Positions 35,278-54,000 of a stretch of DNA of 64,000 bases are shown in pieces. Made by a program: the position numbers and the translations under genes. The notes below the pieces were generated by a model, which did not search any database, was not told where the DNA came from, and saw only the letters and a program-made list of their open reading frames with translations. The stretch's first letter is position 1, and every line of letters begins with the position of its first letter. The stretch comes from the human T2T-CHM13v2.0 reference genome, Homo sapiens, in NCBI RefSeq assembly GCF_009914755.1, contig NC_060932.1. One strand, written 5' to 3'.

Positions 35278-35504
35278 GAAGCTGTTATCTCCATAAATGG
35301 GCAGTATCAGGCTAGTATGATACTGCTGTAGTGCCATCAGTATGTGGTCTCCACCTTCCAATTTACTTCATGGTTTAAGATGGGTGGTTGAACATTACCA
35401 CACACTGACTCCAGAACTCAAAAAAAAGGGGAAGGGAATGGCAATATAGAGTATTAATCAGATCTCTTTACCCAGGCTCCCTGGAAGTCCAACACAACAT
35501 TTCT

Positions 35505-36200
35505 CTTTTGCAGTGTTCTGAACACTTTTGAAGCTCTTTTCCAAGAGGCTGCAAAAGCCCATGGAATTTCCAGAGATATAAATGTCTTTGTTATGCTAAG
35601 GAGTTGACACATGCCAACTGAAGCCCCTAGATAGCTTCAGGATACAGGATGGTCAGCAGAAAGAATAAGCATGTAATTAGCAGGTTAGTATATTTAGCTG
35701 CCTGACCTCTGGTGAGTGGATACTAAAGACTGAGCTCAAACAAATGGCCAAAGGTTTAATCAATCATTACTACTTAATGAAACCCCAGTAAAAACTCTGT
35801 ACATCTAGGCTTAGCAGAGCCTCCTGGTTGGCAAACACATTCACATGTCCTGATTCTACAAAAGGAAGTCACACAGGCTCTGTGTTCCCTCTCAGACAAT
35901 CATATGGGTCTCTTCATTTGACTGGTCCTCCTGATTAGCATCCTTTATAATAAACCTGTCATTCTAAGTATAGTTCTTTCCTGAATTCTGCCAGTCATTC
36001 TAGCAAGTTATCAAACCTGAGGGGATCAAAGGAACTGCTGAATGTATAACCATTTAGTCAGAAGTATGGGTAACCTAGGGACAAATTAAGTGTAGCTGGT
36101 ATCTGAAGAGTGGTCATGTTGGGGATCATGCCCTTGAACTTGTGGGGTCTGAGCTAACTCTGGATGGTTAGCAGTAGAACAGAACCACAGTACACTCAAT
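35505..36200 (+). mobile_element. ERV LTR (MER21-like)
   Basis: ccctagatagcttcaggat; tcctttataataaac; aagttatcaaacctgagggg. Confidence 0.55.
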
Positions 36201-36354
36201 TTGTGTTGAAATAGAATACTGTAATTCAGGTGGTATTCAAATGTATTTTCACTGTTTTTCAAACATAGCAAAATAGTGAAATTGATAAGCAACTGATATA
36301 AGAAGCACTTTTTAGACAAAGGTGAAAAATACTGTTTCTCTAACAGCTTTTCTC

Positions 36355-37516
36355 TACAGTTGTGGTTCTCGAGGTGTTCATGAACTCCTTCACTGGGCCC
36401 TTTCAGGGATCTACCAAGTCAAATCTTTTTTTCATAAAAACACTAAGCCATTCTTTTCCTTTTTCTCTCAATTGACATTTGCACTACAGGTACAAAAGCA
36501 ATGACAGATAAAATTGCTGGCTCCCTAGCACCAATGAAGACAGTGGAACAAAACTGTAATCATTGTATTCTTCATTGTCATGCATTCACAATTTTTTTGA
36601 ATCTGTGAATTCACAAAAAAGACACTTTTGATTAAGAAAATCCTTGATTTAAAAAATACTCTTTTTAGCAAATCTTTTTAGCATCTTTTTAGCATTTTGT
36701 AGTGAAATGAGAAATACGCATAAACTATACCTGCTACATAATGAAGTACAATGGTTGTCTCAAGGAAAATTATCTGTGATTAAATTGCATGTTGAACTAC
36801 AGCTTTTTTCATGAATCATCTTTTTCATTTGAAAGAAAAACTGAGAGATAAACTTTGATTATTCAGATTTGGATACTCAACAGACATTTTCTCAAAAATG
36901 AATCAACTGAACCTATGACATCATGGAAACACAGATGGTTTTTGATAACAATTATAAAATTTAAGCTTTCAGTTGAAAAGTCAAATTTTCAAAAGCTTCT
37001 ATCTGCCACCATGAACTTAACAGTTTCCTAGTATTTAGAAACTTTTCTGATTTTTCCAAATGACAAATACATGACATTACCCGTTCACATATGAATAAAG
37101 ATCTATTCCAAGTACAAGATAGAGAAATAGATTTTAATGTAACAAAATAGAAAAACTCACTACTATGGTTTCAGATTCTAATACTGGAATTAATCTTTAG
37201 AAAATTATCACTGTTGAATTTTGGTGTAGTATGAAAGGAAGAATATCATAATTACCAGAAAACAAGTGATTAGAATATTGCTCCATCTTAATCACATATC
37301 ATATATGTGTTAGGCCAGATATTTTTCATACATTTCCATTGAAATAATGTGTTACAACACTCACAAATAAAAAAAAAAATTCAACCATCTTCTATTAAGC
37401 TATCCACTCATTATTTTTATGAAAATAGTAATTGATTCATATAAACAAAAGCTCTTGGGTCCTCAATTCTTTAAAGTGAAAAGGACTGCTCAGGCCAAAA
37501 AGCCTGAAAACCACTA
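36355..37516. mobile_element. hAT-Charlie fossil (Charlie1-like)
   Basis: TIR-like ends gtggttctc / gaaaaccact; degenerate transposase-like interior. Confidence 0.65.
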
Positions 37517-38807
37517 TTCTATAGTGAATGCAAACCAGGGAAACTAACAGGAATATTTTCTTCTGTTTGATGCATGTTCACCAGCAACAGTACCACAAAC
37601 TTGTTTCATTTTATATTATGTCCTTCTAATTTGTTTACTTTTTTACATATTTGAAATTTTAACACAGATAAAATTTGGTATATAGTTTATTTTTTCTAAG
37701 TAACTGTATTTTAATATGCCTGAAAAAATAATGAAGAGACATGGTTCACAAGACATCAAAAGAGCATCCAGAAAAATGAAATTGGTAATGTGTCTCCATT
37801 CTGTCCAAGAGGATGCCCTGGACCACTAAAAAATATACCTGGTCCTTGCAATAGATAAATTCAAGTGGTAGACACGGATGAGCATAGCTTGATGCAGTAG
37901 TCAATAAGATCATCCAACTAATCACCTTATTCTAGTAACCATTTTCACCTGACAGCCTTCTGGTCAAAATTTGGATTCCCATGTAAAACTGACTTCAGAA
38001 GAGAATATGGTGATGAACATCTGATTACTTGAGGGTTAAATATCTATTTTTAAAGTAATAAATTGGAATTTTGATTTGTATATCAGTGAACTTGGTTAAG
38101 TCCATCCTATGAGACAGTTCTATATTTATTACATTGGCAGATCGGTCTTCGAATAATAAATGCTGCTCTGTGATCTTGTCTGGGTAGCCAACTGATCTTC
38201 CTTAGAAAATACACAACCACAACCCTTCCGCAAGCATTATGCTCATACTACATCACTGATTACCTAAATTCACACCCTGACAAAGAAGAGGGCTCTGCCA
38301 ATAACAAAGCATATTAAGTTATATATTTCAGAATAACGGAATAAGAGTGAAACTTTACTAAGAATAGTGAATAAAATAATATTTTAAATGTTAAATAAGT
38401 TTTGAGATAAGGCCTTTTAATGTTTAATTTTAGAATAATTCTAGGCATTTTAACAGCATAATAACTCCTCAAAAAAAGAAGTGTATGGTTTGGATGTCAC
38501 TTTAAGCCATGAAATATTTATCTCAGCTATTTAAATAAAGTATCTCATCTGAAATATGGTACAATGTATACTTTACACTGCATTAGCTATAACAATAAAT
38601 AATGGATCATAAACATTTACATATAAAAAGAACAAAATGAAAGGTAAGACTATGCGGAAAAAATACTAGAACAACCACTAGAAGTTTACAAAAAATAAGA
38701 AGACAGTACAAAAACATCAATAAAATAGATTGAAAAATAAAGCTGATGAACTAATTGCCTTGAATGTATCAGAAAACTTAAGGGAAGACAAAATATTAGA
38801 AATCAGT

Positions 38808-39109
38808 GGCCAGGCATGGTGGTTCCGCCTGTAATCCCAGCACTTTGGGAGGCTGAGGCGGGTGGATCACGAGGTCAGGAGATCGAGACCATCCTGGCTA
38901 ACACAGTGAAACCCCGTCTCTACTAAAAATACAAAAAATTAACTGGGCGTGGTGGCGGGCACCTGTAGTCCCAGCTACTCAGGAGGCTGAGGCAGGAGAA
39001 TGGCATGAATCTGGGAGGTGGAGCTTGCAGTGAGCCGAGATCAGAGATCGCACCACCGCACTCCAGCCTGGGTGACACAGTGAGACTCCGTCTCAAAAAA
39101 AAAAAAAAA
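38808..39109 (+). mobile_element. AluY
   Basis: gatcacgaggtcaggagatcgagaccatcctggctaacac; small internal duplication gagatcagagatc. Confidence 0.92.
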
Positions 39110-41294
39110 GAAATAATTGACATATATCAGATAAACTAATTGCATGTATTATCAAAACAATTTCAGAAGCATGATAAAATTAAGAATCTGGAAGAAAACT
39201 TTCATAGTAACTTATCTTAGTAATAAAACAGAAAATGAATCAGAGCTTCAAAAGCAAGAAAGAAGAACCAATACCCCCATCCAAAGGAACTATCTGGAAT
39301 GTACCAAAATGTTTCAAAACAGAAAAAAAAAAACCATATGATTACAAAATGAGAAAAAAGGAAATAATGAACAAAAGATTCATGTAATGTAACTTAGTAT
39401 AATTTGACCATAAGATTAGGGAAATAAATTAATACTAGTCATTAGCAGTTTTTGTATCATCTGGTAAAAGAGTTCCAAGGACAAGAAGTTCAACACCATG
39501 AAGTACTATTAGAAGATCAGAATATTATATGCAATACTGCCTAGCTTCATTTTACCAAAGTGCAACAATAATTCAATTCAATCCAAAGTAAATCAATAGC
39601 ATCCATTGATTTTCTTTCTATTCTATTCCCACCTCTGACTCCTAAAACAGTGCGGCACACACGTCTTAGCTCTATCCCAGTGCCCCCACCACCATATGCC
39701 ACCCTTGCAATAGCTGTGTCTTGTCCATCACTAGCCTGGTGCAGTCTGTCCTAATGAGGAAAAGCAGGGAAGATGCCCGCATAGGCTCAGGACCATTTAA
39801 ATGGGGAATCCTGGGATCCTGGGTCTGCAGAGCATGATCTAGGAGGGAAAACTATGGGCTCTAGCACAGAGATGTAGCATGGCCCATGCAGGGCATAATC
39901 TTTGGGCAAAGGCTCCAGTTACCGGGCCTAGTGCCTATAATTGACATACTATCCTCAAAATTATCATTTAGCATAAAATCATCCTGATTCGAGTTAAAAT
40001 ATTATGTCACTTTACAACCAAAGTGCAAAGACTAAGTTGTTATAGAATCTGTGAAAGTTAATCAAGTAATCAAAACATAGTAAAATATAAAAATGCTCAT
40101 TATAAAGAACACATCATTCAAAATCCAGTCATATCTAATAGAGACTACAAAACTTAAGCAGATGTTTACACAAAGGCCTATAAACTCAAACTGATACAAA
40201 GAACTGGGTTAAAGCTAAACAAGCAGAGGTCAGCACAGAGCTCCTGTGATTGAATCACAATAAAACAATACACTAGTCCTAAGATAGCAAGAATATGATG
40301 CAATAAGTGAGGCTCTGGTCCCAAAACAGTATAATGCCCAGTACAAATCAATTTCACAAAAATCTATAATAGAAGTCAATGTAAATTAGGATTAAGAAAA
40401 TCAAAATTAACAACAAAAAATATATGAAGAACAAAAAAGAAACAACTGAAAATATGAAAAGTTTATAATTAAAAAAAGACACACAGACATATATACATAC
40501 ATCAAAGTCTACAATCAGAAAAAAACAATAGATCTCAGAAATTTAGTGTGAAATTTAAGAGTAAATAGTAAGTTTTAGAAAGAAAAGAAATCTGTCAACA
40601 CAGCCCCTCATTTTCGTGCCTAGGGAAAATAAGGCTTAATCTACAGCCTTGGCCAAATATGATTGCCAGATAAATAAACCCTTAGATTCTACCATAAGTT
40701 AATTAAAATGATAAAAAAAAATTCATATATTAGTTTCTAACTCCAAATTTCTTTAAGAAAACCTTATGATTCACAAGCAACCAACCAATTCCAAACTCTA
40801 TGCCAGTGGTTCTTAACACTGGCTACATATTAGAATCACCTGGGAAGCATTCTAAAATTGCTTATTCCCTGAACTCAACCCAAAGAATCTGGTGTTGTCT
40901 AGGCCTAGGTTGGTTGGTTTTTAAAAAAATGTCCTATATGAGTGTAAGGTGTATCAAGGGTCAAAGATCACTGCATGAATCAAACAGTATGGATCCAAAT
41001 TCCCACTACATTTAGCACAAGTTTGGGGAATAAAAACTTACCATTTTTAGAGACAGAGTTCATAAATAGAATGGGAGAAACTAGGAAAACTAATTCAGGG
41101 GCCAACTCTAGGCAACAACAATCAAACTGTTCCCCTTGCTAAATAAATAAATACATATATAGTATATAAAATATATATAAATATACATATAATAGACATT
41201 TATATAAATATATATGTGTATGTATGTCACTATATTTTATATTTCATCTAAAATTCCATAAATTAGAAAGTCATTGCTGTTTAAAAACTATGTG

Positions 41295-43569
41295 TAACTT
41301 CTGCTTCTAGGAAGATAGAGTAGATGTACATTTTCCTATTTCTCTCGTTAAGTACAACCAAAAACCATGGACATTATGAATAAACAAGCATACGAAGATC
41401 CAGACTGGGCACAGTGGCTCATGCCTATAATCCCAGCCACTTGGGAAGCCGAGTGGGGAGGACTGCTTGAAACCAGGAATTCAAGACCAGTTCAAGACCA
41501 CTGTTTCTAAACATATATATATATATACACACACACACATATGAATTCTATATATACATATATATCAATTCTATATATATATCAACCCATATATATAGAG
41601 AGATTCTAATATATATATATATATATGAAAGATGGAGAGAAGGCAGAACAGCTAGGGATCTTGGAACCCAAGGAACATAACTGATGACTTCCCTGGATCT
41701 TCTTTGTCCCTTATATATTCCACACTTGGGGCCAGATAAGCCAACAACCAGAAAAAGCTAACAGGTACAAACAAAAAAGCTCCAACAAAACCCTGCCCAA
41801 AAGATGAAGAGAAGAACACCATGGAAAGAAGAAAACTTTAGGCAAATTTCACTCTATGTCAGCCAAACACCACAGAAAAAACTGTAGTCCCACTCTAACC
41901 ATGTCAGAAAGGCTTAGTGGACAGCCTAAAGTTCTATCCTCATGAGACTATAACAAGGTCCCACAATACTCCTGACATGGTGAGAAAAGACCAAGTAGGG
42001 AGCCAAGAATTTCACCCCTCTGGAAAGTAAAAGGACAGCCCCCCCTAGCAGTGTCAGTAGACAGCAAGTAGAACCTGTACTTCCTCTCCAAACTGGCAGC
42101 AATGAGGTGATCCTCCCACTACCCACTGAGGAGGACTAGAAAAAAGTTAAATTAAGACTTTCACTAACCAGTGGAAATTAGGTAAGCACCAATACAATAG
42201 AGACTACACACGGAGAGCTAGAATCACCACTCTGACTCAGCAATAATGAGGAGCCACTCCTGCTACTTGAGTAGGGCAACAGAGACTGAAAGGGGAATCT
42301 GGACTTCAACAAACTCTACCTGGCAGTGATGAGCTCCCTTCCCCTCTTAAAGTAATGTCATAAACATTCACCTAAAACAGAAGGTTTAAATAAGATCCAG
42401 TCTCAGAATATAATGGGGAAATAGGTCCTGTTTTCAACCAAAAATTACTCATCAGACCAAGAGTCAAAAAAATCACAAACTGACCAAAAAAACAAAAAAG
42501 ATAAAAGTCAACACCAAAAAAAGACATGTCAGAAGTATCTGACAAATATTTTAAGAGTCTTTAAAAAAATGCTTCAATGAACAATCATGAAAATAACTGA
42601 AACAATGTAAAAATAGAAAGCCTCAGCTTTACCAGTACCTTGTGATAATTTATGTACATATAGAATAATACTAAAATAAACCACCAAAAAGTTTTGCATA
42701 GAAATATCCTCATAAACACTATAGATAAATCAAAAGAAAACTCTTAAAAAAAATCAAGTAACCCACAGGAAGTAAAAAAAAAGAAAACAGAAATTAAAAA
42801 AATGCAAAACTTTAGCCATAACATATTAATAATTACATTAAATGTAAATCGCCTAAATATGCCAATTAAAAGGCAAAAACTGAAAAGGTAGATTTTAAAA
42901 TGCAACTCAATTATATGTAGTATATAAGAAACTAACTTATAATATAAAAATACAGGCATGTTGAAAGAAAAATGATGGAAGAAATATAACATGCAAACAA
43001 TAATCAAACCAAAGCAGAAGTGGCTATATTAATAACAGATAAAGGAGACTTCAGCAAAGAAAATTACCAGAGACAGAGAGGGACATTACATAGTGATGAG
43101 ACATAATTCACCAAGAAAATATAACAAGCACTAATGTATATGTACCAACCAACAAGCTATAAAATATATGAAGCAAAAACTAAAACTTGAAAGGAGAAAT
43201 AGATAAATTCACCATTATCAGTAGAAATGTCAATATCCTCTAACAACAAGAGATAAAACAAATAGACAGAAAATCAGCAAGGATACAGAAGAAATCAACA
43301 ACACCATCAACAAAATTTATAGAATACCCCACCTCAACAACAGCAGAGTACTTATTACTTTCAAGTAATCATGGACCATATACCAAGAGAGAACATATAC
43401 TGAGGCATAAAACATACATCAACAAATTTTAAAGAACTGAACAGAGTAGAGTCTCCAAGCACAATGGAATCACATTAGAAATCAATAACAGAGACATAAT
43501 AGGAAAATCAAGCACTTGAAAACTAAAGAACACGCTTTCAAATAATCTATGTGTCAAAGAAGATGTCTC
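41295..43569 (+). mobile_element. Old L1M (5' region to ORF2 endonuclease), interrupted by the L1PA2; resumes at 49665-49945
   Basis: Degenerate EN codons (attacattaaatgtaaat...ccaattaaaaggca); the sequence after the L1PA2 continues the same ORF2 region; includes an Alu fragment and (TA)n at ~41400-41625. Confidence 0.75.
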
Positions 43570-43573
43570 GATC

Positions 43574-44481
43574 GGGGGAGGAGCCAAGATGGCCGAATAG
43601 GAACAGCTCCGGTCTACAGCTCCCAGCGAGAGCGATGCAGAAGATGGGTGATTTCTGCATTTCCATCTGAGGTACCGGGTTCATCTCACTAGGGAGTGCC
43701 AGACAGTGGGCGCAGGCCAGTGGGTGTGCGCACCGTGCGCGAGCCGAAGCAGGGCGAGGCATTGCCTCACCTGGGAAGCGCAAGGGGTCAGGGAGTTCCC
43801 TTTCCGAGTCAAAGAAAGGGGTGATGGATGCACCTGGAAAATCGGGTCACTCTCACCCGAATACTGCGCTTTTCAGACCGGCTTAAAAAACGGCGCACCA
43901 CGAGACTATATCCCACACCTGGCTTGGAGGGTCCTACACCCACAGAATCTCGCTGATTGCTAGCACAAAGCAGTCTGAGATCAAACTGCAAGGCGGCAGC
44001 TAGGCTGGGGGAGGGGAGCCCGCCATTGCCCGGGCTTGCTTAGGTAAACAAAGCAGCCAGGAAGCTCCAACTGGGTGGAGCCCACCAGAGTTCAAGGAGG
44101 CCTGCCTGCCTCTGTAAGCTCCACGTCTAGGGGCAGGGCACAGACAAACAAAAAGACAGCAGTAACCTCTGCAGACTTAAATGTCCCTGTCTGACAGCTT
44201 TGAAGAGAGCAGTGGTTCTCCCAGCACGCAGCTGGAGATCTGAGAACGGGCAGACTACCTCCTCAAGTGGGTCCCTGACCCCTGACCCCCGAGCAGCCTA
44301 ACTGGGAGGCACCCCCTAGCAGGGGCACACTGACACCTCACACGGCAGGGTATTCCAACAGACCTGCAGCTGAGGGTCCTGTCTGTTAGAAGGAAAACTA
44401 ACAAACAGAAAGGACATCCACACCGAAAACCCATCTGTACATCACCATCATCAAAGACCAAAAGTAGATAAAACCACAAAG
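43574..44481. promoter_or_regulatory. L1 5'UTR bidirectional promoter (YY1 site, antisense promoter)
   Basis: YY1 motif caagatggcc near the 5' end; CpG-rich; antisense donor GT dinucleotides retained at 43917-43918, 43832-43833 and 43674-43675. Confidence 0.8.
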
Positions 44482-45498
44482 ATGGGGAAAAAACAGAACA
44501 GAAAAACTGGAAACTCTAAAACACAGAGCGCCTCTCCTCCTCCAAAGGAACGCAGTTCCTCACCAGCAATGGAACAAAGCTGGATGGAGAATGACTTTGA
44601 CGAGCTGAGAGAAGAAGGTTTCAGACGATCAAATTACTCTGAGCTACGGGAGGACATTCAAACCAAAGGCAAAGAAGTTGAAAACTTTGAAAAAAATTTA
44701 GAAGAATGTATAACTAGAATAACCAATACAGAGAAGTGCTTAAAGGAGCTGATGGAGCTGAAAACCAAGGCTCGAGAACTACGTGAAGAATGCAGAAGCC
44801 TCAGGAGCCGATGCGATCAACTGGAAGAAAGGGTATCAGCAATGGAAGATGAAATGAATGAAATGAAGCGAGAAGGGAAGTTTAGAGAAAAAAGAATAAA
44901 AAGAAATGAGCAAAGCCTCCAAGAAATATGGGACTATGTGAAAAGACCAAATCTACGTCTAATTGGTGTACCTGAAAGTGATGGGGAGAATGGAACCAAG
45001 TTGGAAAACACTCTGCAGGATATTATCCAGGAGAACTTCCCCAATCTAGCAAGGCAGGCCAACGTTCAGATTCAGGAAATACAGAGAATGCCACAAAGAT
45101 ACTCCTCGAGAAGAGCAACTCCAAGACACATAATTGTCAGATTCACCAAAGTTGAAATGAAGGAAAAAATGTTAAGGGCAGCCAGAGAGAAAGGTCGGGT
45201 TACCCTCAAAGGGAAGCCCATCAGACTAACAGCGGATCTCTCGGCAGAAACCCTACAAGCCAGAAGAGAGTGGGGGCCAATATTCAACATTCTTAAAGAA
45301 AAGAATTTTCAACCCAGAATTTCATATCCAGCCAAACTAAGCTTCATAAGTGAAGGAGAAATAAAATCCTTTACAGACAAGCAAATGCTGAAAGATTTTG
45401 TCACCACCAGGCCTGCCCTAAAAGAGCTCCTGAAGGAAGCGCTAAACATGGAAAGGAACAACCAGTACCAGCCGCTGCAAAATCATGCCAAAATGTAA
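44482..45498 (+). CDS. L1 ORF1p, intact, 338 aa
   Basis: Uninterrupted MGKKQNRK...QNHAKM; REKG, ARR and YPAKLS motifs intact. Confidence 0.9.
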   Translation: MGKKQNRKTGNSKTQSASPPPKERSSSPAMEQSWMENDFDELREEGFRRSNYSELREDIQTKGKEVENFEKNLEECITRITNTEKCLKELMELKTKARELREECRSLRSRCDQLEERVSAMEDEMNEMKREGKFREKRIKRNEQSLQEIWDYVKRPNLRLIGVPESDGENGTKLENTLQDIIQENFPNLARQANVQIQEIQRMPQRYSSRRATPRHIIVRFTKVEMKEKMLRAAREKGRVTLKGKPIRLTADLSAETLQARREWGPIFNILKEKNFQPRISYPAKLSFISEGEIKSFTDKQMLKDFVTTRPALKELLKEALNMERNNQYQPLQNHAKM

Positions 45499-45546
45499 AG
45501 ACCATCGAGACTAGGAAGAAACTGCATCAACTAACGAGCAAAATAA

Positions 45547-49389
<3,843 letters not shown>

Positions 49390-49949
49390 ACAATGAGATC
49401 ACATGGTCACAGGAAGGGGAATATCACACTCTGGGGACTGTGGTGGGGTGAGGGGAGGGGGGAGGGGTAGCATTGGGAGATATACCTAATGCTAGATGAC
49501 GAGTTAGTGGGTGCAGCACACCAGCATGGCACATGTATACATATGTAACTAACCTGCACAATGTGCACATGTACCCTAAAACTTAAAGTATAATAAAAAA
49601 AATAAATAAATAAATAAATAAATAAATAAAAAGGTCAACATCAAAAAAAAAAAGAAGATGTCTCAAGGGAAATTAAAAAAAATACACTAAACCGAATAAA
49701 AATGAAAATACAACAAATCCTGTTAAAATTTGTAGGACACATGCTGCTACTTGAAGAGCCTAGACAAAGAAGAACAAAAATAAATGCAAGACAAGAAGAA
49801 AGAAAATAATAAAGAGTAGAAATCAATACAATTTAAAATATGAAAAAAGTTAAAAATATCAATGTAACAAACAGCTATTTTAAAAAACACACACACAAGA
49901 AATTGACAAACCTCTTCCAAAATGACAAAAAAGACAAAAAGAGTAGTAA

Positions 49950-50822
<873 letters not shown>

Positions 50823-51107
50823 CAGCTGAATGGTACTCTCCCCACCCAACAACCCAGCTGTCTGTATGTTCTTAAGGTGGAAGCTCAGAGTGTTGTTTTT
50901 TTTAACACTATGACCCTGAATAAAGCAACATATCTATATAGCTAGTCCCAGAATCACTGGTAATTGCTTACATAAGAAGCTCCGTATGGCCAGATGATAC
51001 AGATTGTGGACACATGAGAAAAACCTTCTTGTTGCAAGTAAAATATATCTGTGGCTGAGAAAAAAAGACCGTCAAATGAAAAATTCTACATACAAAAAAA
51101 AAAATCA

Positions 51108-51425
<318 letters not shown>

Positions 51426-52407
51426 TTACTTTCCCTGATTCTATTAATCACTGAATACAATAAACCAAATACTAAATAGGATTAGTTATGACTCATAAAT
51501 AAACATAAGGATGTATATTACATTGCCATTCATTCATTGTATGTAAATTTCCTACAGCTAGACTATAATATACAGCTTCCCAAAGCAATCTAAAAGTAAC
51601 AAACTTTAATGATATAGCACAACTGAAGTTTGGTATAGTAAGTGCAAATAAGTATTGCAATGACAATTCATCATGGTAAACTCAAGGGTCTGTAAAAAAT
51701 CAAATTATCGAGGACCGAGTTCAAGAAGAACTATATTAATACATAGATTTCTGTAACTTGGCAGAGAATTCCCTACAATTGCTACATTTAAAGTAATCAA
51801 CACATTTCTATATCTCAGAAGAAGACGGAAATTATGTGTTCGCCTATCCTAATGTATTAAACTTTTATTACAATAGTTTTAGTATATTTTTAGCTTAACA
51901 TTAAGGTAGAAACATTCTATCAAACTAAGAAATAGAAATTGCTCTGAAATTGCAAAAACCTGTACTATTTCCCATTTTAAAATCAGAAGGATTACTTCTA
52001 CAGCATTTAATTGTTACATCTTACAATAATAAATTACATGGGACTAATATGCATAATAGAACACAACGGTAGTAGTAATAATGATTGAGCAGTAGTATAT
52101 TTACATACCGATAAAAGAAAACCCATGTAGAAGAAACTGAAGAAAATAAACGCTAGAGTGAACAAATGATGAGTAATGCTCCAAAATACAAGAAAAAGAA
52201 AGAATGGGATACAGAATAGAGGTTGAGAGATTGGACTTGAGCAGAGAAGGAACCCTCTTCCTCCACATGGAACATATTGTGAGGGAGGGAAGAATAAGAT
52301 GAGAAGGAGGAGAAAAAGAAACGAAGAAAAAATAAAGGGAAGGAAGAAAGGAAGAAAGAGAGGGGGAAAAAAGACATAAAGGAAGGAAGGAAAAGTATAG
52401 ATATTGA

Positions 52408-53118
52408 CTGTTACGGACTGAATTGTGTCCTGTCCCCCCACCACCACCACTACCAAATTTTATGTCAAAGCCCTAATGCTCCATGTTACTGTATTTGCAG
52501 ATTGGGCCTTTAAAGAGGTATTAAGGTTAAATGAGGTCATAAAGGTGGGGCTCTAATCCAATATGACTTGTGTCCTTATAAGAAGAAGAAGAGACATTAG
52601 GAATGTGTACATTCAAAACCAAAGGCCAGGGCTGGGCACAGTAGCTTATGCCTGTAATCCCAGCACTTTGGGAGGCCAAGGCAGGCAGATCACTGGAGCC
52701 CAGGAGTTTGAGAACAGCCTGGGCAACGTAGCGACAGCCCGTCTCTACAAAATATACAACAATTAGCCAGGCATGGTGGTGTGCACCTGTAGTCCCAGCT
52801 ACTCAGGAGGCTGAGGTGGAAGGATCATTTGAGCTCAGGAGGTCGCGGCTGCAGTGAGCTGTGATCACACCATGACATTCCAGACTGGGAGACAGAGCAA
52901 GACCCTGCCTCAAACAAAAACAAAAACCCAAAGGCCATGTGAGAACACACAGAGAAGGCAGCCATCTGCAAGCCAGAGGGAGACCTCAGAAGAAACCAGA
53001 CCTGCCAACACCTTGATCTTGGAAGTCCAGACTCCAGAACTGTAAGAAAATAAACTGTTGTTGTTTAAATCACCCAGTCTTTAGCATTTTGTTATAGCAG
53101 CAGGAACAGACTAATACA
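52408..53118 (+). mobile_element. MLT1B-type LTR with nested AluJ (52630-52927)
   Basis: tgttacggactgaattgtgtcc...gttatagcagcaggaacagactaataca; ccaaaggcca repeated around the Alu. Confidence 0.82.
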
Positions 53119-53697
53119 TTAAGTTAGACGGAGGGACAGAAACAGTGAACTGCTAATAGTCTCCAGTTTTTCTTTGGACCAGAAAGCAAGTCTGACAAAA
53201 CCAAGGAGAGATGGGGTAAAGAAATTTTGCAACAGACCCAGAAGAGAATGAGGTGGTAGGCGTAGGGGAACATGTGAAAGGATTGCCAACTGTCCATTTC
53301 AGATTAGAAATCAATCTTTTGGGGGCATCAGTCTTCACAGTTACATAATTGCAGTTAAGCAGCCTGGTTACGAGGAACACAGCAAAATGGGAAAGGTAAA
53401 AACCTTTGAGGTTTTTTAAGTCTGAGTGATAACCTAGCTCTATCAGTGTAGCTGTGTCTTGGGTTGTTATCTAGAGTTATAATAATGATAGTTACATAGA
53501 GTGTGCCAATAATAATATCTACTCCTTTTAGAGTTGTTTTAGAGTTATGTAAAACTTTATCATAGAGTTGGTCAGATAGTAGACAATAAATAATAGCTAC
53601 TATACTTATTACTATGGGATTAGTGTAGTATTGGTACATTGTTAGGAAGATACAGCAAAAAAGAGAAGGAAAAAAAGGAATTAAAAGAAAGTGGTTC

Positions 53698-54000
<303 letters not shown>

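Noticed and set aside
37700-38300. Non-repetitive stretch that might be an exon or conserved element
   Set aside because: No recognisable ORF, splice pair or RNA motif; needs conservation data.
49432-49480. G-rich quadruplex-like tract
   Set aside because: Standard feature of the L1 3'UTR.
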